A stretch of 64,000 nt of DNA, from contig OZ241744.1 in NCBI GenBank assembly GCA_965200965.1, forward strand, positions 672,001-736,000. The letters run 5' to 3'. Below, one piece after another: positions 1-8,318 of this stretch. This DNA comes from an uncultured Candidatus Binatia bacterium. Its GTDB lineage: Bacteria > Desulfobacterota > Binatia > Bin18. How positions within the stretch are numbered: position 1 is the stretch's first letter; each line of letters opens with the position of its first letter. Under the pieces are notes generated by a model. It was not told the origin of the DNA and made no database searches. It saw only the letters and a program-made list of their open reading frames with translations. The position numbers and the translations under genes were made by a program.

Positions 1-472
1 CTGAGGGCGGGCGTGGGAGGTCCTGGTCAAGCAGGACTGCGGCACGCAGGGCGAGCCACGGGCCGTAGACCGGGTGGATCAGGATGCCTAGGATGCTCGG
101 CCCGGCCAGCCCCGCGGCCCGGGCCAGGTGCATGAACGAGACCGGCTCAGTCCAGAAGCGAAACGGGTAGGTGTAGCGATAGCCTGCTCCCGATGCCCGG
201 AGGATGGGCGTCAGGGCGCGCTCGATAATGTTGACCGTGTAGGCGTCGAGCGGGTGCGGGTCGCGTGTGTAACGCGCGGCGTAGGGCCGAAAGCCGGTCC
301 AAAAAGCGCTCCCCCCGTTGCCGATGACAATGACCGTGCGGGTGTGGGGCAGGAGCGGCTCAAGACGATAGGCAGCCGGTACGAGCGCTTCATAGGCCGC
401 GCGGCTGGCGGTGCCGATCAAGTTCAGGCCCGAGGGGGCAAGCGCGTCTGTGATCTGATTCAGCAGGTCCAT
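1..472 (-). CDS. MMACHC-like (cobalamin-processing family) protein, partial (runs off window start)
   Basis: Manual translation from ATG 472: MDLLNQITDALAPSGLNLIG...VIGNGGSAFW...DPHPLDAYT...GILIHPVYGPWLALRAAVL; open to the window edge. Confidence 0.6.
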   Translation of the reverse strand, partial: MDLLNQITDALAPSGLNLIGTASRAAYEALVPAAYRLEPLLPHTRTVIVIGNGGSAFWTGFRPYAARYTRDPHPLDAYTVNIIERALTPILRASGAGYRYTYPFRFWTEPVSFMHLARAAGLAGPSILGILIHPVYGPWLALRAAVLLDQDLPRPPS

Positions 473-570
473 GTGGTCATGCTACGCCTGTGCCTGTCGG
501 CCGGCCAGCCTGCTTTCCTTGACAACTCCGGGAGGCGCTTCCTATGATGCCGCTCAAAGGAGGGACGGCT

Positions 571-1509
571 ATGGTAGCCAATCGTGATCTGAGCGAAGCG
601 CAAGTCAACGAGTTTTTCACTACCCTCAGCAACTGGGGCAAATGGGGCAAGGACGACCAACTGGGCGCGCTCAACTATATTACACCGGACAAGCGGACCC
701 GGGCCGCGGCCCTCATCCAAGACGGGCACACCGTGTCCATGTCGCTGCCCTTAGCGACCGAACCCGGTCCTGATAATCCGACTCCGGTGATGCACCTCAT
801 GGTCCAGACAGGCTCTCAGGAAGAGAGCCGCGCCGCGCCGATTCCGTATAGCGCCGACTACTTTGCGATTGCACCGCACGGGCTGGCCAACACCCATGTG
901 GACGCGCTGTGCCATGTCTTTCACAAGGGTCAGATGTATAACGGTTATCCGTCTGAAGATGTTGGGGCCAGGGGCGCGAAGAACGGGGCTATTGATGCGC
1001 TCAAAGGCGGGGTGGTGTCTCGGGGCGTGTTGATCGATATCCCCCGGCTCAAGGGCAAAGAGTGGCTCGAACCCGGCGAGGAAATCACCCCGGCCGACCT
1101 TGACCAGGCCGAGCAGGCGGGCGGCTTTCGGGTCGAGAGCGGAGACGTGCTGTTTGTGCGTACCGGGCGGCACGCGCGGCTGAGATCACAGGGGCCGTGG
1201 GACTCGTTTGGCGAAGGCATGGCCGGCCTTGGGGCGGCCTGCCTGCCGTGGCTGCATGCCCGCGAAGTGGCCGCTCTGGCTGGAGACGGGGCCAGCGATG
1301 TGCTGCCCAGCGGCTACGACAAGCTGCTGTTACCCATCCATGCCGTCACGATTGTGGCTCTGGGCCTGCACCTGATAGATAACTGTGACCTTGAGGCCGT
1401 GGCCGGGGCGTGCGCCGAGCGGTCGCGCTGGACCTTCCTGTCGATTATTGCCCCGCTGGTGCTGGTCAAGGGAACCGCCTCGCCGGTGAATCCGCTGGCC
1501 GTGTTCTAA
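571..1509 (+). CDS. Cyclase/kynurenine formamidase-like metal-dependent hydrolase
   Basis: NWGKWGKDDQLGALN, HGLANTHVDALCH, GDVLFVRTG, GTASPVNPLA motifs. Confidence 0.85.
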   Translation: MVANRDLSEAQVNEFFTTLSNWGKWGKDDQLGALNYITPDKRTRAAALIQDGHTVSMSLPLATEPGPDNPTPVMHLMVQTGSQEESRAAPIPYSADYFAIAPHGLANTHVDALCHVFHKGQMYNGYPSEDVGARGAKNGAIDALKGGVVSRGVLIDIPRLKGKEWLEPGEEITPADLDQAEQAGGFRVESGDVLFVRTGRHARLRSQGPWDSFGEGMAGLGAACLPWLHAREVAALAGDGASDVLPSGYDKLLLPIHAVTIVALGLHLIDNCDLEAVAGACAERSRWTFLSIIAPLVLVKGTASPVNPLAVF

Positions 1510-1529
1510 ATCCCGCGTCTCCCAGGCAC

Positions 1530-2501
1530 ATGCGAGCCATCCGGTTTCACCAGTTCGGCGGTCCCGATGTGTTGCGGTATGAGGAGGTGGACGAGCCGTT
1601 TGTTGGAGACAGGCAGGTTCTGATCCGGGTAGCGGCCGCGGGGGTGAATCATTCCGATCTGGATCGGCGTCAGGGGCGCTACCCGCACGCCTACCCGCTG
1701 CCACTGACGCCCGGCCTGGAGGTAGCTGGTCGGGTGGCTCGGGTCGGGGCCGAGGTCAGCGCGGTCAGGCCCGGCGAGCGGGTCATGGCTTGGGTCGGCA
1801 CTGGCGGCTATGCCGAGTATGTCACGGCAGCGCCAGAGGCGGTCTACCCGCTTCCCGATTCTCTGGGTGTTGAGTCCGCGGCCGGTATGCCGGTTGTCTG
1901 TGCGACCGCCTATCATATCCTGAAGACCAGCGCGCGCATCCAGCCCCAGGACTGTGTCTTGGTTCAGGCCGCGGCCAGCGGGGTTGGCACGATTGCCGTC
2001 CAGTTGGCCAAGCTGTGGGGTGCCCGCGTGTTTGCCACCGCGTCGAGCGAGCAAAAGCTCCACCGCATACGCCAACTCGGCGTCCAGGAAGTCATCAACT
2101 ATGTCGAGCGCGATTTTGTGTCTGAGGTCCTGCGTATGACCGACCGACACGGGGTTGATGTGGTGCTGGAATGTGTTGGGGGAGATGTGTTGACCCGCAG
2201 CCTGAACTGCCTGGCACCGATGGGTCGGCTGGTCCTGTATGGCCGGGCGAGCGGTACCCTGCCGATGCTTGATGCCGCTCAGATTCTGACCCGGAATATC
2301 ACGCTCAGCGGTCTGCATCTGGGTATGCCGCCGTGGCATGCCGCCCTGCATCGGCGGCCAATGCAGGAGGTGCTGGCCCTGGTCAAAGCCGGCAGCCTGC
2401 GCCCTGTCATGGACCGGACATTTCCACTCGCCCAAGCGACCGATGCCCATCGCTATCTGGCCGCCCGACGCGCAATGGGGAAAGTCGTCCTGATTCCTTA
2501 G
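1530..2501 (+). CDS. NADPH:quinone oxidoreductase (MDR/zeta-crystallin family)
   Basis: MRAIRFHQFGGPDVL, PGLEVAG, AAASGVG, GKVVLIP. Confidence 0.9.
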   Translation: MRAIRFHQFGGPDVLRYEEVDEPFVGDRQVLIRVAAAGVNHSDLDRRQGRYPHAYPLPLTPGLEVAGRVARVGAEVSAVRPGERVMAWVGTGGYAEYVTAAPEAVYPLPDSLGVESAAGMPVVCATAYHILKTSARIQPQDCVLVQAAASGVGTIAVQLAKLWGARVFATASSEQKLHRIRQLGVQEVINYVERDFVSEVLRMTDRHGVDVVLECVGGDVLTRSLNCLAPMGRLVLYGRASGTLPMLDAAQILTRNITLSGLHLGMPPWHAALHRRPMQEVLALVKAGSLRPVMDRTFPLAQATDAHRYLAARRAMGKVVLIP

Positions 2502-2507
2502 GACAGG

Positions 2508-3587
2508 TCAACGGACTGCGCTTTTGGCGTCCTTTTCCTCGGCCCGCAGCCGCGCGTCGAGCCGGTGAGGCGGTGGGTCAGAGGGCCGGGCTTTGGACGC
2601 GGTTTTTTCCGCTTGGCTGTCCGAGACGCTGGGGCTGAGGCGGTGTGGAGTGGCCGGTGCCACAGGTTTGGCCGCCTTGGCCGTCCGCTCAGCCGTCGCT
2701 CGGTGGGGCCGCCACCAGCGAAACGAGGCAGTGTGTGCCGGACTCGGACTGAGGCCAAACAGGCGGGCCATTTCCTGCCACACCCGGGTGTGCAAATGGC
2801 GGAAGAAGTCGCTGTTTTCAAACTCTTTTTCAAAGACCACGGTGGTAGAGTGCGACACCAGACGCTGCATCCAGCCATCGAACGGAACCGGCGGCAGAAA
2901 GGCAAAGGCTTTCAGTTTGCTGGCCATATCCATCAGCCCGGTATGGACTCTGTTAGCCAGGAAATAGCTGCGTGAGCGGTGCCTGAGGCGTTTGTTCAGC
3001 TCGATAATTTCGGTGAACATGCGCAGCGAGGTAGACCAACTGATATCGTCTTCTTCCATTACGATCAGGTTCATATCGCTGAGCGTTGCCGCAGCCAGAC
3101 TGAGGCTGCCCAAGCCGGCTTGGGTATCAAAAATCAGATAGTCAATGTCCAGCGACTCGGCGGCAAAATGCCGCAGCAGGGCGATCTTTTCAATCGCCAA
3201 GTCAAGTTCAATCCGGGCAACCTGGTTCCAGTCCGGGCGCTCGCTCTCTATGGAGGCGGGCAGAACAAAAATCCCGTTGAGACGCTGGTACAGCGCAGCC
3301 GAGGGGTGCTCGCCCTTTGGGGTGACCGCGGCTTGTAAGGCCCCAAACAGCGCGCTCTGGGCGTTGTCATCCCCGGTCAGGTAGTCGAAGAGCGAGACCG
3401 GGACCTGGTCAAGTTCGATTTTATTGTGGAACGACAAGAGGGTCAGCCCACTGACCGAGAGGTCTAAATCGACCGCTAAGACTTTACAGTTCTGTTCTCG
3501 CTGAATAATCCGGGCCAGACTGGCCGACAACAGCGTTTTGCCCACGCCACCTTTTCCGCTACACAGCGAAAGCGTCCTCATCATCAT
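2508..3587 (-). CDS. ParA/MinD-family ATPase
   Basis: Deviant Walker A SGKGGVGKT, VLAVDLD, DYLIFDT; GGAGG RBS before ATG 3587. Confidence 0.75.
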   Translation of the reverse strand: MMMRTLSLCSGKGGVGKTLLSASLARIIQREQNCKVLAVDLDLSVSGLTLLSFHNKIELDQVPVSLFDYLTGDDNAQSALFGALQAAVTPKGEHPSAALYQRLNGIFVLPASIESERPDWNQVARIELDLAIEKIALLRHFAAESLDIDYLIFDTQAGLGSLSLAAATLSDMNLIVMEEDDISWSTSLRMFTEIIELNKRLRHRSRSYFLANRVHTGLMDMASKLKAFAFLPPVPFDGWMQRLVSHSTTVVFEKEFENSDFFRHLHTRVWQEMARLFGLSPSPAHTASFRWWRPHRATAERTAKAAKPVAPATPHRLSPSVSDSQAEKTASKARPSDPPPHRLDARLRAEEKDAKSAVR

Positions 3588-3757
3588 GTCCTCCAGTCTT
3601 GACACATCCGAGGCGACATACCTCCCGGACATCATACTATCCTCAGCCGGGAAGAGACAAGAGGCGGGAGGAGCCAGCCGCCTGGCACCTCGGGCCGAAT
3701 GGGGGCCCTCCAGACCCGGGGGGCTGCTATCGGCTGGAGAGAGTTGGGGGTCCGGGC

Positions 3758-4290
3758 ATGGATGAGTTCCGCTACGCGATTGCCTTGGCGTTTCTGATTG
3801 GCCTGCCACCGGGGCTGTTGTTCTGGCCGTGCATCCACCCCTGGTCTGCTTGGCGGGGGTTTGTTTGTGGTCCGCGGCGCACTGCTGGCCACCGAGTACG
3901 GGACGAACGCTGTCTGTCTGGTGCTGGTCGTCGTGTGTCTGAGCGGAGCAGGGGCGGTCATCCTCCAACGCCGCAAATATCTGACCCTACCTGTCATGAT
4001 TCGGACTGCCCGAACTGCACCCTCACAGCCGCCCAGCCCTGTTGCAGGCGGGATTTATACCCGGATACGACACCCGCGCTATATGGAAGTGTTGCTGTTG
4101 GTGCTGGGTTTTGCGTGTGTGGCCAATTACCTGATCTTGTATGTCTGGGCGGGCTGAGTCTGCCCCTGCTGTCTGTGATTGTCGTGCTTGAGGAGCGGGA
4201 ATTGCGCCGGCGTTTTGGCCCGGCCTATACGGCCTGCTGCCGGCGTGTGCCGCGTTTTTTCCGCGCTGGCCTTGAGCGGCCATGTGCTTG
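3758..4290 (+). pseudogene. Isoprenylcysteine carboxylmethyltransferase-family membrane protein, frameshifted
   Basis: GGIYTRIRHPRY and EERELRRRFGPAY motifs lie in different frames; end approximate. Confidence 0.65.
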
Positions 4291-4365
4291 TTCTGGCCGG
4301 TCGAATCGGTGTAGTCTGACAGTACGCCCTCCCGGGCGAGACCACACAACGAGGAGACGCGCAGC

Positions 4366-5088
4366 ATGATTGATATACACTATTGGCCCACGCCAAACGG
4401 CAAAAAGGTGACCATCCTGCTTGAAGAGTGTGGCATGGCCTACACGATGATCCCGTGCAATATCGGCCGCGGCGATCAGTTCACCGACGAGTTTCTGAAC
4501 ATCTGCCCCAACAACCGGATGCCGGCACTGGTTGACCACGAACCCCTGGGCGGGGGCGAGCCGATCAGCATTTTTGAGTCTGGGGCGATGATGATGTACA
4601 TTGCCGAGAAGGCCGGCAGGTTCTATCCCCAAGACCTGCGGGGGCGTTACAAGGTCAACCAGTGGGTGATGTGGCAAATGGCCAATCAAGGCCCCAAAAG
4701 CGGGGAGTGTGGGCATTTTCGGCGTCTCGGTGACGAGCAGGGCGACCAGACATATGCGGTGCGGCGCTTCACCGATGAGGTCAACCGGCTGTTTGGCGTC
4801 CTGAACAATCAACTCTACCGCCAGCGTTATGTGGCCGGCGACGAGTACTCCATCGCCGATATGATTTGTTACCCGTGGACGGTCCACTGGGAAGCCCAGG
4901 GCCAGGACATCAACGAGTTCACATACTTCAAACGCTGGTTTGACGAACTCTCGGAGCGGGACGGGGTGAAAAAAGGCATGGCCGTGGGCAGCGAGCTGTC
5001 TATGGACTTCTCCAAGCTGTCGCAGCAAGAGAAAGACCGTCTGCGCAAGATGCTCTACAACCAGCGGGCGCGCCCGGTCCCGGAATAG
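4366..5088 (+). CDS. Glutathione S-transferase (YfcG/YghU-like)
   Basis: WPTPNGKKV, PNNRMPA, FESGA, YSIADM. Confidence 0.9.
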   Translation: MIDIHYWPTPNGKKVTILLEECGMAYTMIPCNIGRGDQFTDEFLNICPNNRMPALVDHEPLGGGEPISIFESGAMMMYIAEKAGRFYPQDLRGRYKVNQWVMWQMANQGPKSGECGHFRRLGDEQGDQTYAVRRFTDEVNRLFGVLNNQLYRQRYVAGDEYSIADMICYPWTVHWEAQGQDINEFTYFKRWFDELSERDGVKKGMAVGSELSMDFSKLSQQEKDRLRKMLYNQRARPVPE

Positions 5089-5156
5089 GCGGACGGCAAA
5101 ACATATGAGATCCGGAACGGCGCTGTTCCGGTGGGGATGATTTCGAGCCTGGAATC

Positions 5157-5882
5157 TTATCGCCGGCCAAGCTGAACCGCCTCGGCCAGCTCGACTGTGC
5201 CGGTGTACAGGGCGCGGCCGATAATCAGGCCGTGGATGCCGTCGGCTTCATACGGCCGCAACCGCTCAACGTCTTCAAGACTGGCCACGCCACCAGAGGC
5301 AATAACAGGAATCTGCACCGCCCGGGCTACGGCCCGGGTGGCTTCGATATTCACTCCTTGCGCAGTGCCGTCCCGGACGATATCGGTGTACACAATCTCA
5401 CCAACGCCCAGAGCTTGGCACTGTGCGGCCAACTCGGTCGCTCCAAGCCCGGTCGTTTTGGTCCAGCCTTGGACGGCGACTTTTCCGGCCCGGGCATCAA
5501 TACCGACCGTAATCCGGCCCGGAAAGCGGCGGCACGCCTCGGCCACAAGGTCCGGCTGCCGACAGGCCACCGTGCCCAGAATGGCCCGCCGCACACCGAG
5601 CGAAAACACCCGCTCAATCGCCTCAAGGTTGCGCAGCCCGCCGCCGAACTGCACCGGGAGGTCAACGGCTCGACAGACCTTTTCTATGACCGCGGTGTTG
5701 ACCCCGGTTCCCGACACGGCCCCGTCAAGGTCAACGACATGCAGCCGCTCGGCCCCGGCACCCTGCCAGCGTCGGGCCACAGCGACCGGCTCGTCAGCAT
5801 AGACGGTCGCCTGATCCATATTACCCTGGTACAGACGCACACACTGACCGGCCTTGAGATCAATGGCGGGGATAATCTCCAT
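5157..5882 (-). CDS. hisA: ProFAR isomerase
   Basis: IIPAIDLKAGQCVRLYQG, LHVVDLDGA, GGGLR, IASGGV. Confidence 0.97.
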   Translation of the reverse strand: MEIIPAIDLKAGQCVRLYQGNMDQATVYADEPVAVARRWQGAGAERLHVVDLDGAVSGTGVNTAVIEKVCRAVDLPVQFGGGLRNLEAIERVFSLGVRRAILGTVACRQPDLVAEACRRFPGRITVGIDARAGKVAVQGWTKTTGLGATELAAQCQALGVGEIVYTDIVRDGTAQGVNIEATRAVARAVQIPVIASGGVASLEDVERLRPYEADGIHGLIIGRALYTGTVELAEAVQLGRR

Positions 5883-5888
5883 AGGGCT

Positions 5889-6533
5889 TCACAGCCGGCG
5901 GGAGTCGGTCACAAATTTGCCAAAGTTGGCCAGGATTTGCAGGCCGACCGTCTGGCTCTTTTCGGGGTGAAACTGGGTGGCAAAGATAGTGTCCGACCAG
6001 ACGCTTGAGGCAAATGGAATGCCGTACTCGGTGGTGGTGGCAACAATGGCCGGGTCTGCCGGGAGCGGATAGTAGGAGTGAACAAAATACACGGCCGCGC
6101 CCTCGGGCACATGGGCCAGATGGGGGGCCGACCGCTCAATGTGGAGTTGATTCCAGCCCATGTGGGGAATTTTGTGTGGCCCATCGTCGCTTATCAGCCG
6201 GGTCGGGTCAAAGCGCTCAACCGTGCCCTTGAGGATGTCCAGACCCCGCACCCGGCCAAACTCGTGGCTTTCTGAGAACAGAATCTGCATCCCGACACAG
6301 ATGCCAAGCAGCGGCGTGCCGGCGGCGGCCACCCGATGGACGGTGTCAATAAGCCGGCAGGCGGCCAGCCCGTCCATACACGCGCCAAACGCGCCCACGC
6401 CTGGCAGAATCACCCCCGCGGCAGCCTCAATCCGGGCCGCGTCACGCGTGATTTCAGCCGGGTAGCCCATCTTCTCGCAGCCTTTCTGCACGCTGCGCAG
6501 ATTGCCCATGCCGTAGTCAATAATCGCAATCAT
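5889..6533 (-). CDS. hisH: Imidazole glycerol phosphate synthase glutaminase subunit
   Basis: IDYGMGNLRSV, LPGVGAF, GICVGMQ, PHMGWN, QFHPEKS. Confidence 0.97.
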   Translation of the reverse strand: MIAIIDYGMGNLRSVQKGCEKMGYPAEITRDAARIEAAAGVILPGVGAFGACMDGLAACRLIDTVHRVAAAGTPLLGICVGMQILFSESHEFGRVRGLDILKGTVERFDPTRLISDDGPHKIPHMGWNQLHIERSAPHLAHVPEGAAVYFVHSYYPLPADPAIVATTTEYGIPFASSVWSDTIFATQFHPEKSQTVGLQILANFGKFVTDSRRL

Positions 6534-7116
6534 GCCCCATCCCCTTCAAAGCTGGCCGTCAAGTGGATCAAGGCCCTCCAATTCCCCTTCAGAACTGGCT
6601 CCAGTGTGTGAGATCTTCCTCTAATTCCCCTTCAGAACTGGCGTTGGTTACTCAGGAGTTCCTCTAATTCCCCTTCAGAACTGGCTTACCAAAGGCGGTG
6701 CTTCCTCTAATTCCCCTTCAGAACTGGCCGGTCGAGCCAGGATCTTCCTCTAATTCCCCTTCAGAACTGGCACCCGGAAGGGATGCAATCCTCTAATTCC
6801 CCTTCAGAACTGGCGCGAAAGAGGAAGAACACCCTCTAATTCCCCTTCAGAACTGGCACCCGGAAGGGATGCAATCCTCTAATTCCCCTTCAGAACTGGC
6901 CGGCAATCACGGTGTTGGCCTCTAATTCCCCTTCAGAACTGGCCCAGGCTTTTGATAGAGTCCCTCTAATTCCCCTTCAGAACTGGCCGGCAATCACGGT
7001 GTTGGCCTCTAATTCCCCTTCAGAACTGGCGTTGGGGACGAGACTGAACCTCTAATTCCCCTTCAGAACTGGCCTGCAGTGGAACGATGGACCTCTAATT
7101 CCCCTTCAGAACTGGC
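6532..7116 (-). CRISPR. Type V-C CRISPR array: 13 full 25-nt repeats plus 1 degenerate terminal repeat, 13 spacers
   Basis: Plus-strand repeat CCTCTAATTCCCCTTCAGAACTGGC starts at 6575 (1 mismatch), 6618, 6661, 6704, 6747, 6790, 6833, 6876, 6919, 6963, 7006, 7049 and 7092, with a degenerate copy at 6532-6556. Twelve spacers are 18 nt and one is 19 nt. Degeneration at the left end and an AT-rich leader at the right imply minus-strand transcription (crRNA repeat GCCAGUUCUGAAGGGGAAUUAGAGG). Confidence 0.98.
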
Positions 7117-7175
7117 TTATAGCAGATAACTATTTGTACTACAATCGGCTTCTGATTTTTCCAATGAGGATACTC
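7116..7175 (-). promoter_or_regulatory. CRISPR leader with candidate sigma70 promoter
   Basis: AT-rich 59 bp between the array and cas1; the minus strand reads TTGTAG-17 nt-TATAAG with an extended-10 TG. Confidence 0.55.
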
Positions 7176-8201
7176 ATGGCTGAAATTGATAAATTTCAAC
7201 ATCCAGATTCTATTTGGACATGGAAATCAACCAAGCGAGGCGGCAAGACGACCTTGTGGCTGCCCTATGTCTCTCAGGTAGACAGACTCAAAAAGAACCT
7301 CTGGCGGTTCACCTATAACGGGGGCGAGGTCGATACCGACCTGTCTCAGATTGAATGTGTCATGTTCTAGGGCGCGACCGGACAGATTCCCGTCGCGCTC
7401 ATTGACGACCTTTCCTCTCGCCGTGTCCCGCTCCTCGTTCACCGTCGCAACATCGGACGCCCGGCGGTTTTCCTGCCGGCACCCAGAGCCGATTCCGAAG
7501 ACATTTTGACAAAACAGATCGTTGCCCGAACAAATGAGTCCAAACGTGCTTACATCGCGCGGACGCTGGTACGCGAGCGTTTTCGGGCCGTAGTTCTGCC
7601 CATGCCGAGCACCGTCTACAAGCGGCTGGCGCGGGCGCGGAATCCTGGACAGGTACGGGTCTGGGAAGCCGAGCAATCACGCAGATATTGGCGGAGATAT
7701 TTCACTCAGCTGGGATATCCCGACGTGACACGCAGAGAGGGGGGACCTTTACCAGCGGCGCTTGACGCCGGTTCCATGTTCCTGTCCGGCGTTCTTTTGC
7801 GCTGGCTGCTCATCCACCGGCTTTCGCCCAGCCACGGCTTCCTGCATGAAGGGACCGACTACATGGGACTTGTCTACGACCTGATGGAACCGGCGCGGCA
7901 CATGATTGAGGAGGCTGTTGCCACGGCGTGCAGGGCTCATCCTCCGCAGGACGGTTCTGATTCGCTGACCAAAGCGGCCTTGTCCGCGCTGAAGAACGAT
8001 ATGGAGAAGGTTGTCTACGTTCCTGCTACCCGCCAGTTCGTGCGTCGCAAAAATCTGCTGCACGGAAACGTGCTGGCGCTGCGGGCCTACCTGGCCGGTG
8101 ATATGCGCCGGTTTGTCGTTCCTGTCGCGGGCGAACGCAAGGGCGGGCGTCCGCCGAAGGTTTCCTACCGGCTGCCGGGTGATATTCCTGCCGCAAGGTA
8201 A
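7176..8201 (+). pseudogene. cas1: Type V-C Cas1 with in-frame TAG at 7368-7370
   Basis: ORFs 7134-7370 and 7506-8201 share one frame. Read-through gives MAEIDK...LWLPY...IECVMF*GATGQIP...EAEQSRRYW...SPSHGFLH...LVYDLMEP (Cas1 E/H/D-type motifs); GAGGA RBS. Confidence 0.9.
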
Positions 8202-8318
8202 AAATGCCCCCCTTTGAAGGGCATCCCGTGCCTCCGGGGGGCGAGAGGCGGGGACGCCTTCCAGGTTGAGGTATGGATGATCAGTCCTTCGGCCTGGAAG
8301 GGAATGAGGGACTGTTGC
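8202..8318 (-). ncRNA. Candidate tracrRNA/scoutRNA of Cas12c
   Basis: Minus strand has UACCUCAA (8266-8273; CCUC pairs with repeat 3' GAGG) inside a 9-bp stem (8257-8265/8293-8301) and CCCUUCA (8215-8221; pairs with repeat UGAAGGG), ending in a hairpin plus U-tract. Confidence 0.75.

Noticed and set aside
5112-5131. Hairpin between GST and hisA
   Set aside because: Ordinary terminator-like stem between convergent genes
6557-7091. Self-targeting spacers within the window
   Set aside because: Only matches of about 10 nt were seen by eye (for example CGGCAATCAC in hisD), as expected by chance; the search was not exhaustive
7134-7370. 78-aa ORF as cas2 or a novel accessory gene
   Set aside because: It is the N-terminus of cas1, in frame across a TAG
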